Assembly (NCBI GenBank): GCA_049973045.1
Contig: JBMFJZ010000005.1
Location: 71,966 to 135,965, forward strand
DNA: 64,000 bases
Reading direction: 5' to 3'
Origin: Bacteroidota bacterium
Lineage (GTDB): Bacteria; Bacteroidota; Ignavibacteria; 0-14-0-80-59-12
Part shown: positions 46,515 through 55,954 of the stretch, one piece after another
Numbering within the stretch: the stretch's first letter is position 1
Layout of the letters: each line of letters begins with the position of its first letter
The notes under the pieces: generated by a model
What the model was told of the DNA's origin: nothing
The model's input: only the letters and a program-made list of their open reading frames with translations
The model's database searches: none
Translations under genes and position numbers: made by a program

Positions 46515-49500
46515 TGCTTCCCCTTGCTAAATAAAGTGATAAAATAACTTCCCTTTTTCCTTCTGTTATAGCAGAAGTCTCTGCATAATGGCTTTTAAGA
46601 AAAGCAGGTGAAATCTCTCTTTGTAGGGTCCCAATAACTTTTAATGGATTTTGAATGTCTGTTCCAAGTTTATTCAAGGTTTTTAAAGCTCTCTGAACTG
46701 TCTTTTTAGGTAATGAACCTTCTTCAAGTCGGTTTATCACCTTTTTAAGATATTCTTCCTGGTCATCTGTAAGTTGCTTGCTATTTTTCTGTGTCACTTT
46801 AAGGATTTTAAGAAGTTTTGTTGAGCTATCTCTACCTTTCTTAGAACGGATTTCTATCATCTCCTCAATTGTGGCATTAAAAAAAGCAGTTTTGTTTTTA
46901 TCAAGGAGTTCGTAATATTTTTCAAGTGGTAGTTTTGCTCTTTTTTCATCTGGGGAACTTTCAAGAATCTTTGCAGATGTCAAAAAGTCAAGTTCTATCG
47001 TGGATTTGTTACTTGATAAAAAGAATTTCATAAGGTTTCCTTTTCTAAAGAAAGTAAGCAAAGACTCTGGCGCTGCTATAGTTTCTGAGTCTCGCGAAAA
47101 AATCTTTGCTGAGCGGGCTTTCTTGGGAAGACGCTTTATTTTTTCAAAAAGTTCAGGATTCTTATCTCTTATATCTTCAATAATTCTTAAATACTTAAGT
47201 TCACTTTCTTCTTCCTCGTCTTCTGTAATGGTTTTCTTTGATAGCAGTTTGTCAAATAATTCATGGGAAGATACAGGTTCTCCCTCTGTAAGGATTGAAG
47301 AATCACCACCAAGCAATGTTAAAAATGCCTCTATTTTTGAGCGGGCAATATTTGTAAGTTCAATTTCAGAATCTGATTGTTTCGTTGGGAAAAAGTTGAA
47401 AGCATAGATTTTATCAAACTTTGTATCTATACGATTTATCCTTCCTACTCTTTGCATTAACCTTGTAGGATTCCATGGGATATCATAATTTATGACGATG
47501 TTTGAGCGATGAAGATTTACTCCTTCAGAAAGAACTTCGGTTGAAACGAGGATTCTATAATCGTCTTTAATGTTCCTTACCCTTGCATCAAAGTTTTCTA
47601 TAACTTTATCCCGAACTATCTCTGGAGAATTGCCATGGAAAAGTAGTGCTATATCGCCAAATTCTTTATTTATATTTTTAGTTAAATATTCTGCTGTCTC
47701 TTTTGATTCTGTAAATATAATTAGCTTGTTGTTCTTAAGAAGGCTATTATTTTTTAAATTGTGCGCTAGGGTTTCTAATTTGGGGTCTCTTCTTACTTTC
47801 TCCCACATTGATTTAATATCTCTAAGGTTTTGAAGGTCATCTTTGAGGGCTGTTTCAAAATCAGGTTTGAATTCTTTCGCATCATACTTTTCTGCTTTTC
47901 CTTCATCAATTAACTTCTGGACTTCCTCATCATCTCCCTGCTCTAGGAGTTCAAAAATTTTGTTAATATATTTCTTGCTTACGTAAATATTCCCTTTTTC
48001 ATATTCCTTAATGAACATCTCATAAGATTTTATAAATCTATCAATGCTTTTTCTAAAGGCATAAAAACTGCTCTCCAGACGCTTCACAAGCAGAACCTTC
48101 ATAAATCCACCCATATTCCTTTGAGACTGTGCTTCAAAATCTGAAATTCCTTTTTTTAAGTAGAGCAAAGGAGTATAACGGATATACTTAAATTCTTGCG
48201 TTATTAACCTAACAGTTTCCATGAAGATTCCATCTTCTTCATCGCTTAGTTGATAATATAAAGGTTTTGGGTCTTCTACATTCGGGAATTTGACATTATT
48301 TCTTTTTAAATCATCTTCAAAGTATTTTTCAATTTCTGTTCTTGTTCTTCTAACCATTAAATATTTCAAAACCTTATCCCGTATTTCTTTTGCATTACTT
48401 CTTGTTATATCAAGGAATTTATTATAATCTTTCTGGCGGTTGACTTTTTTTAACCTCCCCTCAAGTCTTCCGAAGAATTCTTCAAGATTTGTAACTCCGG
48501 GGATAGTGCTTTTTTGGGTATTCTGAAAGAGTTTAATCTGTGCAAGGATATCTTTTGGTGAGTTATTATAAGGGGTAGCGGAGACCAAAATTACTCTTTT
48601 TCCGCGACAAATTTCAGCAATATCTTCATAACTAATTGTTGTTTCTGTCCTAAAACGATGTGCTTCATCTATAATAATATTTTTGTACTCTCTCTGCTCT
48701 ATTAACTCTTTTGCACAATCAAGTTTACCAACAGAGATAAACTCAGCGGGAATATGAAAATCGGAAAAGACATTTGGCCAGGAACCTGGATTATTTCTAT
48801 TAAGCAGTGCTGGTGGTGCAATAACAAGTGTTCTTCCATCAAGTTGTCCTGCAAGCATAGTGGCAACATAAGTTTTCCCAAGTCCCACTACATCAGAAAT
48901 AAAAACACCGCCATACTCTTCAAGTAATTTCTTGGCGTTTAAAACTGCTTGTTCTTGATATTCAAGCTTCTTAAAACCCTCGGGTAAATATTTTATGAAC
49001 ACCTCATCCGTAAGACTCAGTTCATTTTTGAAATACTCATATAAAAATTTCAGATACAATTCGTAAGGGGTTATGTCTTGCCTCAGCCAGCTTTTTGTTT
49101 GAATTGTCTGAATATATTTTTCGCTTATATCAACTGCATCTCTCCATAATTCTTCAAATTTCTGTTTAGCAAAATCGTAGTCAGCTCGGCTCTTTAATTC
49201 AACGTTGAACTCAAGGCTATCAATTAGTCCTGATTGTGTAAAATTACTGGAGCCGGTGATAATCCTACCAACGTCTCTATCTCCCTCCATAAAGGTCATT
49301 ATATATAACTTAGCGTGAACGTGCTGGGAAGGGTACGCTCTTGTTTCTAACTTACCACTTTTTAACCATTCGATAAATTTACAGATCCCTTCTTCCACTT
49401 TTTGGCTATCTTCTGATTCTTCCATTTCTTTTTCTACCAGATTTTCAAAGACCTCTTTTGCTTCGGCATGGGAAAATCGAATTTGCTTGTTTTCACTTGC

Positions 49501-49722
49501 TGCAGTTTTAATCAAATCATATGTTTCTCTTGATGTAGAAATTCCTATAAGAATCCTTATCTTTTGAGTTTTCTCTAATGATTTATAAATGGCATAAAAC
49601 CCGCTTGTATAAAAATAACCCACGAGGCAGTCAAAAAAGCGCGAGTCCTTAATTAGCACCTCAAATCTTTCTTTAAGGGCGTGGCCAGGTTCATTTGTTA
49701 TAAACGTTAGATCACTGTCCAT
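46501..49722 (-). CDS. PLD-like nuclease domain + SNF2-family helicase fusion
   Basis: ORF 46501..49824, with the likely start [13 protein letters not shown] at 49722. The N-terminal PLD-like signature is HVHAKLYIM...[15 protein letters not shown]2/DEAH motifs are [43 protein letters not shown] and QRVGRINRI. Confidence 0.85.
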   Translation of the reverse strand: MDSDLTFITNEPGHALKERFEVLIKDSRFFDCLVGYFYTSGFYAIYKSLEKTQKIRILIGISTSRETYDLIKTAASENKQIRFSHAEAKEVFENLVEKEMEESEDSQKVEEGICKFIEWLKSGKLETRAYPSQHVHAKLYIMTFMEGDRDVGRIITGSSNFTQSGLIDSLEFNVELKSRADYDFAKQKFEELWRDAVDISEKYIQTIQTKSWLRQDITPYELYLKFLYEYFKNELSLTDEVFIKYLPEGFKKLEYQEQAVLNAKKLLEEYGGVFISDVVGLGKTYVATMLAGQLDGRTLVIAPPALLNRNNPGSWPNVFSDFHIPAEFISVGKLDCAKELIEQREYKNIIIDEAHRFRTETTISYEDIAEICRGKRVILVSATPYNNSPKDILAQIKLFQNTQKSTIPGVTNLEEFFGRLEGRLKKVNRQKDYNKFLDITRSNAKEIRDKVLKYLMVRRTRTEIEKYFEDDLKRNNVKFPNVEDPKPLYYQLSDEEDGIFMETVRLITQEFKYIRYTPLLYLKKGISDFEAQSQRNMGGFMKVLLVKRLESSFYAFRKSIDRFIKSYEMFIKEYEKGNIYVSKKYINKIFELLEQGDDEEVQKLIDEGKAEKYDAKEFKPDFETALKDDLQNLRDIKSMWEKVRRDPKLETLAHNLKNNSLLKNNKLIIFTESKETAEYLTKNINKEFGDIALLFHGNSPEIVRDKVIENFDARVRNIKDDYRILVSTEVLSEGVNLHRSNIVINYDIPWNPTRLMQRVGRINRIDTKFDKIYAFNFFPTKQSDSEIELTNIARSKIEAFLTLLGGDSSILTEGEPVSSHELFDKLLSKKTITEDEEEESELKYLRIIEDIRDKNPELFEKIKRLPKKARSAKIFSRDSETIAAPESLLTFFRKGNLMKFFLSSNKSTIELDFLTSAKILESSPDEKRAKLPLEKYYELLDKNKTAFFNATIEEMIEIRSKKGRDSSTKLLKILKVTQKNSKQLTDDQEEYLKKVINRLEEGSLPKKTVQRALKTLNKLGTDIQNPLKVIGTLQREISPAFLKSHYAETSAITEGKREVILSLYLARGSNENN

Positions 49723-50134
49723 TTTTCGACTCCATGAGCCCCCTCGAAGCACATGAAATGGTTCAACCGTAGTTTGTGTTGATCTCACTGACATCAAATT
49801 CAAATTTTTCTTCAGCCTTTGCAACTAGAAAAATATCATTGACGGGATTAGGCATTTCCCCCTTCACCAGCAACTGCCAAACGACAAAACCTAACAAGAT
49901 AATACAAAATAAATCGGCATTTATCAAGGCGTTTTTACGAAAAATCAGCAAAAATTTCTCCAAGTGCGAGCGGAGATAGTGGGTTATACCTCGACGTTGT
50001 CGGAATGATGAAGTAAGCCCCAAACGTTTTACATATCCTAAATCTTGTAAAGGAAGTCCTGAATAACTAAATTTGTTACAAGAAAAATTTCTTGCATCTA
50101 CGAAGTGGCATAGACAATTTTCAGGAGCTAACAC

Positions 50135-51595
50135 ATGAGCGAGCCTCTTATATTTGAGCAAAGCAAACCCGGTCGGCGCGGAGCATCACTGCCCGCACTT
50201 GACGTCCCGGAAAAACCTATTGATTCTCTTCTGCCAGCATCTGTGCTTCGAACAAAGAAACCTAAACTTCCAGAAGTGAGCGAAAGTGAGGTTGTCAGGC
50301 ATTTCATACGCCTCTCGATATTAAATTACCACATCGACAAAGGGATCTATCCTCTTGGTTCCTGCACCATGAAGTATAACCCAAAGATGAACGAAGTGGC
50401 GGCTTCCTTGCCTGGCTTCCTGAATCTCCACCCACTGACCCCGGTAAATCACGCCCAGGGAGCTCTCAAAGTCATGTATGAGCTCGGAGAGATGCTCAAG
50501 GAAATCGTGGGCATGGCAGGCATCAGTCTGCAGCCAGCAGCGGGTGCTCACGGCGAGTTGACCGGGCTTTTGATGATCAGAAAATATTTCGATGTGCGCA
50601 GCGAGCGCCGAACAAAAATCCTCGTTCCAGATTCAGCCCACGGAACAAACCCGGCAAGCACAACAATCGCTGGCTTCACTGTAGTGAGCATCAAGTCCAA
50701 TAAGGCTGGAACCGTAGACCTTGATGACCTGAAGCGAAATCTGAGCGAGGACGTTGCAGGAATCATGCTGACAAACCCGAACACACTCGGGATATTCGAG
50801 CGTGACATTGTTGAAATTGAAAAGCTCATCCATGGTGCTGGTGCCTTGATGTACATGGACGGAGCAAATCTGAATGCGCTCCTTGGAATTGTGCGACCGG
50901 GTGACATGGGCTTCGATGTGGTCCACATTAATTTGCACAAGACATTCTCCACTCCCCACGGCGGAGGTGGTCCGGGGGCTGGACCTGTTGCCGTAAGCGA
51001 GCGACTCGAACCATTCCTCCCAAAGCCAACTATTGAAAAGCACAACGAGAGCTTTGTCCTCAATTGGAATCGACCTCACTCCATCGGAAAAATGCAAACA
51101 TTCTTCGGAAATTTTGGGATACTCCTCCGCGCCTACACATATATCCGCTTCAACGGCGCCGAGGGACTGCAGAAGGTAAGTCGAAATGCTATACTCAATG
51201 CAAACTACCTGCTGAGCCGACTGAAAGACGCTTTTGAGCTCCCTTATACGACTCAGCCTCTGCACGAATTTGTTCTCTCTGCCTCACGACAGAAAAGAAA
51301 AGGCGTACGCGCCCTGGACATTGCTAAACGCCTTCTCGATTATGGGCTTCATGCTCCGACAACATACTTCCCTTTGATCGTGCCTGAAGCTCTCATGATA
51401 GAACCTACAGAGACGGAAACGAAGGAATCTCTTGATCGATTTGCCGATGCGCTCCTCTCAATCAACAAGGAAATCGATACAGAAAAGGAGGTCGTTCTCC
51501 ATGCCCCTTATACTACCCCTGTGCGGAGACTGGATGAAGTCCGCGCAGCTAAACAGCTTAATGTCCGCTATTTCTCAGAGGAGGATAAGTCATGA
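50135..51595 (+). CDS. gcvPB: glycine dehydrogenase (aminomethyl-transferring) subunit 2
   Basis: 486 aa with [18 protein letters not shown] and the PLD-lysine region [22 protein letters not shown]. Confidence 0.93.
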   Translation: MSEPLIFEQSKPGRRGASLPALDVPEKPIDSLLPASVLRTKKPKLPEVSESEVVRHFIRLSILNYHIDKGIYPLGSCTMKYNPKMNEVAASLPGFLNLHPLTPVNHAQGALKVMYELGEMLKEIVGMAGISLQPAAGAHGELTGLLMIRKYFDVRSERRTKILVPDSAHGTNPASTTIAGFTVVSIKSNKAGTVDLDDLKRNLSEDVAGIMLTNPNTLGIFERDIVEIEKLIHGAGALMYMDGANLNALLGIVRPGDMGFDVVHINLHKTFSTPHGGGGPGAGPVAVSERLEPFLPKPTIEKHNESFVLNWNRPHSIGKMQTFFGNFGILLRAYTYIRFNGAEGLQKVSRNAILNANYLLSRLKDAFELPYTTQPLHEFVLSASRQKRKGVRALDIAKRLLDYGLHAPTTYFPLIVPEALMIEPTETETKESLDRFADALLSINKEIDTEKEVVLHAPYTTPVRRLDEVRAAKQLNVRYFSEEDKS

Positions 51596-52020
51596 GCGAA
51601 AATACCTTTGTTCCTTCCGATGATAGACTGAGGTCTATTCTGACCTCAGCAAAGACAATAGCCGTTGTAGGCCTTTCCGACAAACCGGAGCGCGATAGCT
51701 ACATCGTTGCCGAGTATCTTCTTAACAATGGCTATACAGTCTTCCGGGTCAATCCAAAGGCAACCAGCATTCTTGGCATGCAAACTTACCCGAATCTCCG
51801 TTCGGTTCCTCACAGCATAGACATCGTTGATGTGTTTCGCCGTCCAGAAGCAGTACCTCCTATTGTCGATGAAACTATTGAGATCGGCGCCCCAATTCTA
51901 TGGCTGCAACTTGGCGTGATTAACGAAGAGGCTGCACAGCGCGCCCTTTCCCACGGTATCACAGTCATCATGAATCGATGCATCAAGATTGAGCACAACC
52001 GCCTTTTCAGCATCAGATGA
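51592..52020 (+). CDS. CoA-binding domain protein (YccU/YneT-like)
   Basis: 142 aa with [20 protein letters not shown] and [10 protein letters not shown]. Confidence 0.8.
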   Translation: MSENTFVPSDDRLRSILTSAKTIAVVGLSDKPERDSYIVAEYLLNNGYTVFRVNPKATSILGMQTYPNLRSVPHSIDIVDVFRRPEAVPPIVDETIEIGAPILWLQLGVINEEAAQRALSHGITVIMNRCIKIEHNRLFSIR

Positions 52021-53414
52021 ACCCCCGTTGCTCCATCATGGCTCTGCCGAGGGTAGCGACGTATCTCGTTGCTGCATTCCTTTTCTTTCTTACGCGCGCT
52101 GCCTCAGCACAGGAGAGAACTCTCCATGCCCAATTAGCTGAACCATTTACGCCGGATACACTCGCACATGTTGTTGACACTGTTCTCGTCAAGGGCAATA
52201 AGGTAACCGAATCGAGCATCATCCTCCGCGAAATGTCTCTCCGCAGGGATTCTCTAATCACCATTGAGAAGCTTCGATATAATCAGGAGCGGATATACAG
52301 CCTTGGATTATTCACGCAAGTCGATCTTCTCTATGACAAAACGAAGGTGCGCACTCCGTTAATCGTCTCTGTGCGGGAACGATGGTACATCTTCCCTGTC
52401 CCCATAATTGGCTTGGAGGACCGCGACTGGAAGAAGTTGTACTATGGTTTAGGATTTCTCCATGATAATTTCCGCGGAAAGAATGAAAAGTTATGGCTCG
52501 GTTTTGCTCTTGGTTATGACCCCTGGGTAGAGATTACCTACAAAAATCCCTGGATGAATAGATCGAACCTATTTTCAGAATTTGAGCTTGAATATTCCGT
52601 GCAGAAAAATAAAAGCCTCATCGCTCAGGGCGCGGGAAGTAACTTTGATCAGCACCTGTTCAGCGGATCAATTCTCATTGGTAAACGATTTGGCTTATTC
52701 ACTTCACTTGGCGTGCGGCTGGAGTATCTGCGAGTATCAGTAACACAGCCTTCCGCCGGCAGGACAATCTCGCCGAGTGGAATCGATAATCTCATCAGCG
52801 CAACGATCGGTGGTTCATACGACACGCGCGACCTTAAAGAATACGCGTCGGAGGGAACATTTATCAGTGCCTCAGGCACCTACGGGCGATTCCTCGAGAA
52901 CACCTCTACCGATAATGCCATTTCATCCCACCTCTGGGTGGGACAAGTTTCTGGTGATGCTCGGCATTATCAACGCCTTTCCCCGGCACTCACCCTTGCA
53001 GGTCGAGCATTCGGAGCGTTGACTGCTGGAAATGCTGTTCCACCGTACAGGCATGTCTTCTTCGGATACAAGGAGCGCATCCGCGGGTATTTTTACAAGG
53101 TGCTTGAAGGAGAGAATCTCTTCGGAAGCTCGGTTGAACTCCGATTAAAGCTCCTTCAGCCACATTATATTCACGTGGAGGAAATTCCCATCCCGCAGTT
53201 CGATACCTGGCGCATTGCTATGGACATATCTTTATTTTCTGACATCGGCACAGTATGGTTCCGCAATGAACAATTTCTCACGAAGAGATTCTTTCTCGGC
53301 TACGGTGCCGGGATTCATCTTGAACTTCCGTACAGCATCATCCTTCGCCTTGAATACGCTCTGAATCAGTCTATGAAGGGGGAGTTCATCTTCGATGTGG
53401 GTGCATCCTTTTGA
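52017..53414 (+). CDS. BamA/Omp85-family outer membrane protein (single POTRA + surface-antigen barrel)
   Basis: 465 aa with a signal peptide, a POTRA-like segment VDTVLVKGNKVTESSIILREMSL...ERIYSLGLFTQVDL and a C-terminal barrel ending ..GEFIFDVGASF. The start is possibly at 52038. Confidence 0.75.
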   Translation: MNPRCSIMALPRVATYLVAAFLFFLTRAASAQERTLHAQLAEPFTPDTLAHVVDTVLVKGNKVTESSIILREMSLRRDSLITIEKLRYNQERIYSLGLFTQVDLLYDKTKVRTPLIVSVRERWYIFPVPIIGLEDRDWKKLYYGLGFLHDNFRGKNEKLWLGFALGYDPWVEITYKNPWMNRSNLFSEFELEYSVQKNKSLIAQGAGSNFDQHLFSGSILIGKRFGLFTSLGVRLEYLRVSVTQPSAGRTISPSGIDNLISATIGGSYDTRDLKEYASEGTFISASGTYGRFLENTSTDNAISSHLWVGQVSGDARHYQRLSPALTLAGRAFGALTAGNAVPPYRHVFFGYKERIRGYFYKVLEGENLFGSSVELRLKLLQPHYIHVEEIPIPQFDTWRIAMDISLFSDIGTVWFRNEQFLTKRFFLGYGAGIHLELPYSIILRLEYALNQSMKGEFIFDVGASF

Positions 53415-53435
53415 TTCATCCAGCAGGGGGAACTC

Positions 53436-54206
53436 ATGAATTGCCCCTACTTCTACGTCCCCAGGGATCGCATCAGAGAACTCGTCGGCGGCGGGCTCAT
53501 TCTGGATGGCGACGAGTACCGTCATCTGCGTTCGTCGCTGCGGAAACGAATTGGCGATATAATTGAGGTGACCGATGGCACAGGTTGGATTTACCTGGCA
53601 AAGATTAAAGCGTTTTCGAAGGGGAGTGCATTGTGCACCGTTCTTGAAGCACGAGAGGAAAAACCGCAGCTACAGGTTCAACTCAGCATATGCCTGGGGC
53701 TTCTACATCAACCAGCGCGATTTGACGTTGCAGTAGAGAAGCTCACCGAACTTGGAGCATCTAAAATCGTCCCTCTGATAACGGAGCGGAGTGTCATCTC
53801 GCCGAAAGCGGGGCGGGTGAATCGCTGGAAAGGAATTGCGATCTCTGCGCTGAAACAATCTCGCAGAACAATCCTGCCTGTGATTGATGAGCCAAGACCC
53901 CTGACATCGATTCTTCAAGAAGGAAATCCACATACACTTCAAGTTGTTTTACACGAGAAGGCATCAAGCGAAGCTACTCTAACAGAAATCATACGGAGCG
54001 CCTTCAGGCGCGAAGAGCACTCTGAGCTGAGGCTATTTATCGGACCCGAAGGGGGATTTAGCGATGATGAAATTCGCACGATGCAACTTGTGAGCCGTGT
54101 TCACATTGCTTCACTTGGGGAGTTCCGTCTCAGGAGTGAAACGGCTGCTATCGTAGCAGCGGCGATAGCTCTGCAAACAATCGAAGAAATATATGCGAAG
54201 CGGTAG
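53436..54206 (+). CDS. rsmE: 16S rRNA (uracil1498-N3)-methyltransferase
   Basis: 256 aa with a PUA-like N-terminus (L.GDEYRHLRSSLR) and the SPOUT C-terminus (KLTELGASKIVPL...IGPEGGFSDDEI). Confidence 0.88.
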   Translation: MNCPYFYVPRDRIRELVGGGLILDGDEYRHLRSSLRKRIGDIIEVTDGTGWIYLAKIKAFSKGSALCTVLEAREEKPQLQVQLSICLGLLHQPARFDVAVEKLTELGASKIVPLITERSVISPKAGRVNRWKGIAISALKQSRRTILPVIDEPRPLTSILQEGNPHTLQVVLHEKASSEATLTEIIRSAFRREEHSELRLFIGPEGGFSDDEIRTMQLVSRVHIASLGEFRLRSETAAIVAAAIALQTIEEIYAKR

Positions 54207-54258
54207 GCGGTTCTGAAGGGAGAAAACGAGGCGAGTTAGGGACTGATAATCAAATCAA

Positions 54259-54906
54259 TCAAAACGCAAATGTCCCTTCAACGATTTGCAGAATTTCCTC
54301 CCTGGCACGCCGAGCATTTTCCAGCATTTCCTTAGCTTCCCCTGCAATTCTCTTTGCCTCTTCAGCATCATCAAATAAGCTCAGGTTGATTCGCACATTC
54401 AGAGCTGCGCTCTCAGAGGCTGCGAGAAACATCAGCGCGCTCACACCGGCATCGCTCACCGAATTGCGGTTTCCCTTTAAAGCTGCAGTCAGGCTCAGAG
54501 ACATTCCGTGAAGCGATTCCTGCATTACGGAGAGCGGAACGTTAACCGCCCTCCGAAGAGCTTTCTGGATCGCCTCCTGGCGCTCGCGTTTCTGTTCATC
54601 CGTCTCTTTTGGCAATCTATAGGCATCCATAACCTCATTGAACGCAGAAGTATCCTCATCTATGAGGTGCTTGAGTTTATCACGAAGAGTTTCGGCTTTC
54701 GCCAGAACTTCCCGCATCTCTGGCTCCACTTCAGCATACTTTTTCTTCCCAATGGTCAACTGGCAAACCATCGCGACAAGCGATGCACCAAGAGCTCCTG
54801 AAAGGGCGGCGACACTACCACCTCCCGGAGCTGGAGAGGATGAAGATAAATCCATGAGGAAGTCGTTAATCGTCTGTGTCTGAATCATTGGTGACATCAT
54901 TTTCAA
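54259..54906 (-). CDS. formiminotetrahydrofolate cyclodeaminase-family protein
   Basis: 215 aa with SSSSPAPGGGSVAALSGALGASLVAMVCQLTIGKKKY, the cyclodeaminase/cyclohydrolase family signature. Confidence 0.85.
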   Translation of the reverse strand: MKMMSPMIQTQTINDFLMDLSSSSPAPGGGSVAALSGALGASLVAMVCQLTIGKKKYAEVEPEMREVLAKAETLRDKLKHLIDEDTSAFNEVMDAYRLPKETDEQKRERQEAIQKALRRAVNVPLSVMQESLHGMSLSLTAALKGNRNSVSDAGVSALMFLAASESAALNVRINLSLFDDAEEAKRIAGEAKEMLENARRAREEILQIVEGTFAF

Positions 54907-55937
54907 TCTTGCTCCAGTAGATACTCGATGACCTTTTTCTTCGGGTCAAACGGTTCAAGTTGAGAAAGGCCTAGATGTTCAATTGCAATCTGAATCAATT
55001 GCTCCTCCGATGCAGCCGAATTCCCTCTCGAATAGAATCGTCCTGCCATGAGAAGTGCCTCTTTCGGGATAAGTCCAACGATCTCGCTGCCTGTAACTTT
55101 CAACCCAAGTTTCTCTGCTTCTTTCTTGACTTCCTCGAAAGCGACATGTGGCGGCGTAATACGATAATTCACAACATTGATAGAAACCTGTGCAATATGA
55201 TGAGCCTCAAGGTAAACGCCTATCGCCTTTATAGCTTTCAGCGATCCCGGGATCATGACTTTTTCTCCATGCTCGTCATGTACAATTTTTCCTTGTTTGT
55301 CTCTCAACGGCCTACCGCTTTCACGAATTCTCAGGGCGATTTCATGGGCAAGCTTTGAGTCCGGTGTATTCAGGTTAACATTGTATGCTATAAGAAACTC
55401 GCGCGCTCCAGTGACTGTTGCACCAGATTTTGCGTTGAATTCCGGCAATCCGATATCAGGGGCCCAATCAGGATCAGCTAATTTAGCTGGCAATCCCTCG
55501 TATTCGCCTTTCCGAATCGCAGCAAGGTTGCGGCGTTCTTCTTTGGTGGCTGCTTCCTCGTAAAGATAAATTGGGATTCTCAGTTCATTCCAGACCCTTC
55601 GACCGTAGCTGAGCGCAATCTCAACGCATTCTTTCATGGTCACGCCACGGACCGGGACGAACGGGACAACATCTGCAGCGCCAATACGAGGATGTTCCCC
55701 CTTGTGTTTTCTCATGTCAATCTTTTCCGCCGCGACAGCCGTTGCACGGAACGCTGCTTCTCCCACCATTTCTGGCGTACCGACAAACGTGATAACCACT
55801 CGGTTGTAATCAGGATTGGGATCGACGTTCAGCAACTTAACCTGCGGAGTGCTACTGATCGCTGCCGCGAGCGAATTGATGACCTCTTGATTTTTCCCCT
55901 CACTAAAGTTAGGCACGCATTCAACGACTTTGTCCAT
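54903..55937 (-). CDS. ftcD: glutamate formimidoyltransferase
   Basis: 344 aa starting VECVPNFSEGKNQEVI and containing HPRIGAADVVPFVP. It has a 4-nt overlap with the cyclodeaminase gene. Confidence 0.88.
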   Translation of the reverse strand: MDKVVECVPNFSEGKNQEVINSLAAAISSTPQVKLLNVDPNPDYNRVVITFVGTPEMVGEAAFRATAVAAEKIDMRKHKGEHPRIGAADVVPFVPVRGVTMKECVEIALSYGRRVWNELRIPIYLYEEAATKEERRNLAAIRKGEYEGLPAKLADPDWAPDIGLPEFNAKSGATVTGAREFLIAYNVNLNTPDSKLAHEIALRIRESGRPLRDKQGKIVHDEHGEKVMIPGSLKAIKAIGVYLEAHHIAQVSINVVNYRITPPHVAFEEVKKEAEKLGLKVTGSEIVGLIPKEALLMAGRFYSRGNSAASEEQLIQIAIEHLGLSQLEPFDPKKKVIEYLLEQD

Positions 55938-55954
55938 GATTCAACCTTTCTTTC

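Noticed and set aside
50055-50061. Possible att-like direct repeat of the tRNA-Asn 3' end at the right island border
   Set aside because: Only a 7-nt match (agtcctg) to the T-arm region was found, which is expected by chance. It is not evidence of site-specific integration.
49980-50134. Glycine riboswitch upstream of gcvPB
   Set aside because: The conserved GGAGAG...CACCGAAGGGGCAA-type core was not seen. Glycine riboswitches normally precede gcvT rather than gcvPB.
49763-50161. 132-aa minus-strand ORF spanning the island border and the gcvPB start
   Set aside because: It has no motif, overlaps the gcvPB start and crosses a compositional boundary. It is most likely a chance frame in an intergenic region.
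50548-51265. 171-aa and 210-aa minus-strand ORFs inside gcvPB
   Set aside because: They are antisense shadows of a highly conserved gene with low-complexity, Pro/Ser/Arg-rich translations. The many 60-160-aa ORFs inside the 1328-aa gene, the tricorn gene, hutI, the GHL10 gene and others were rejected for the same reason.
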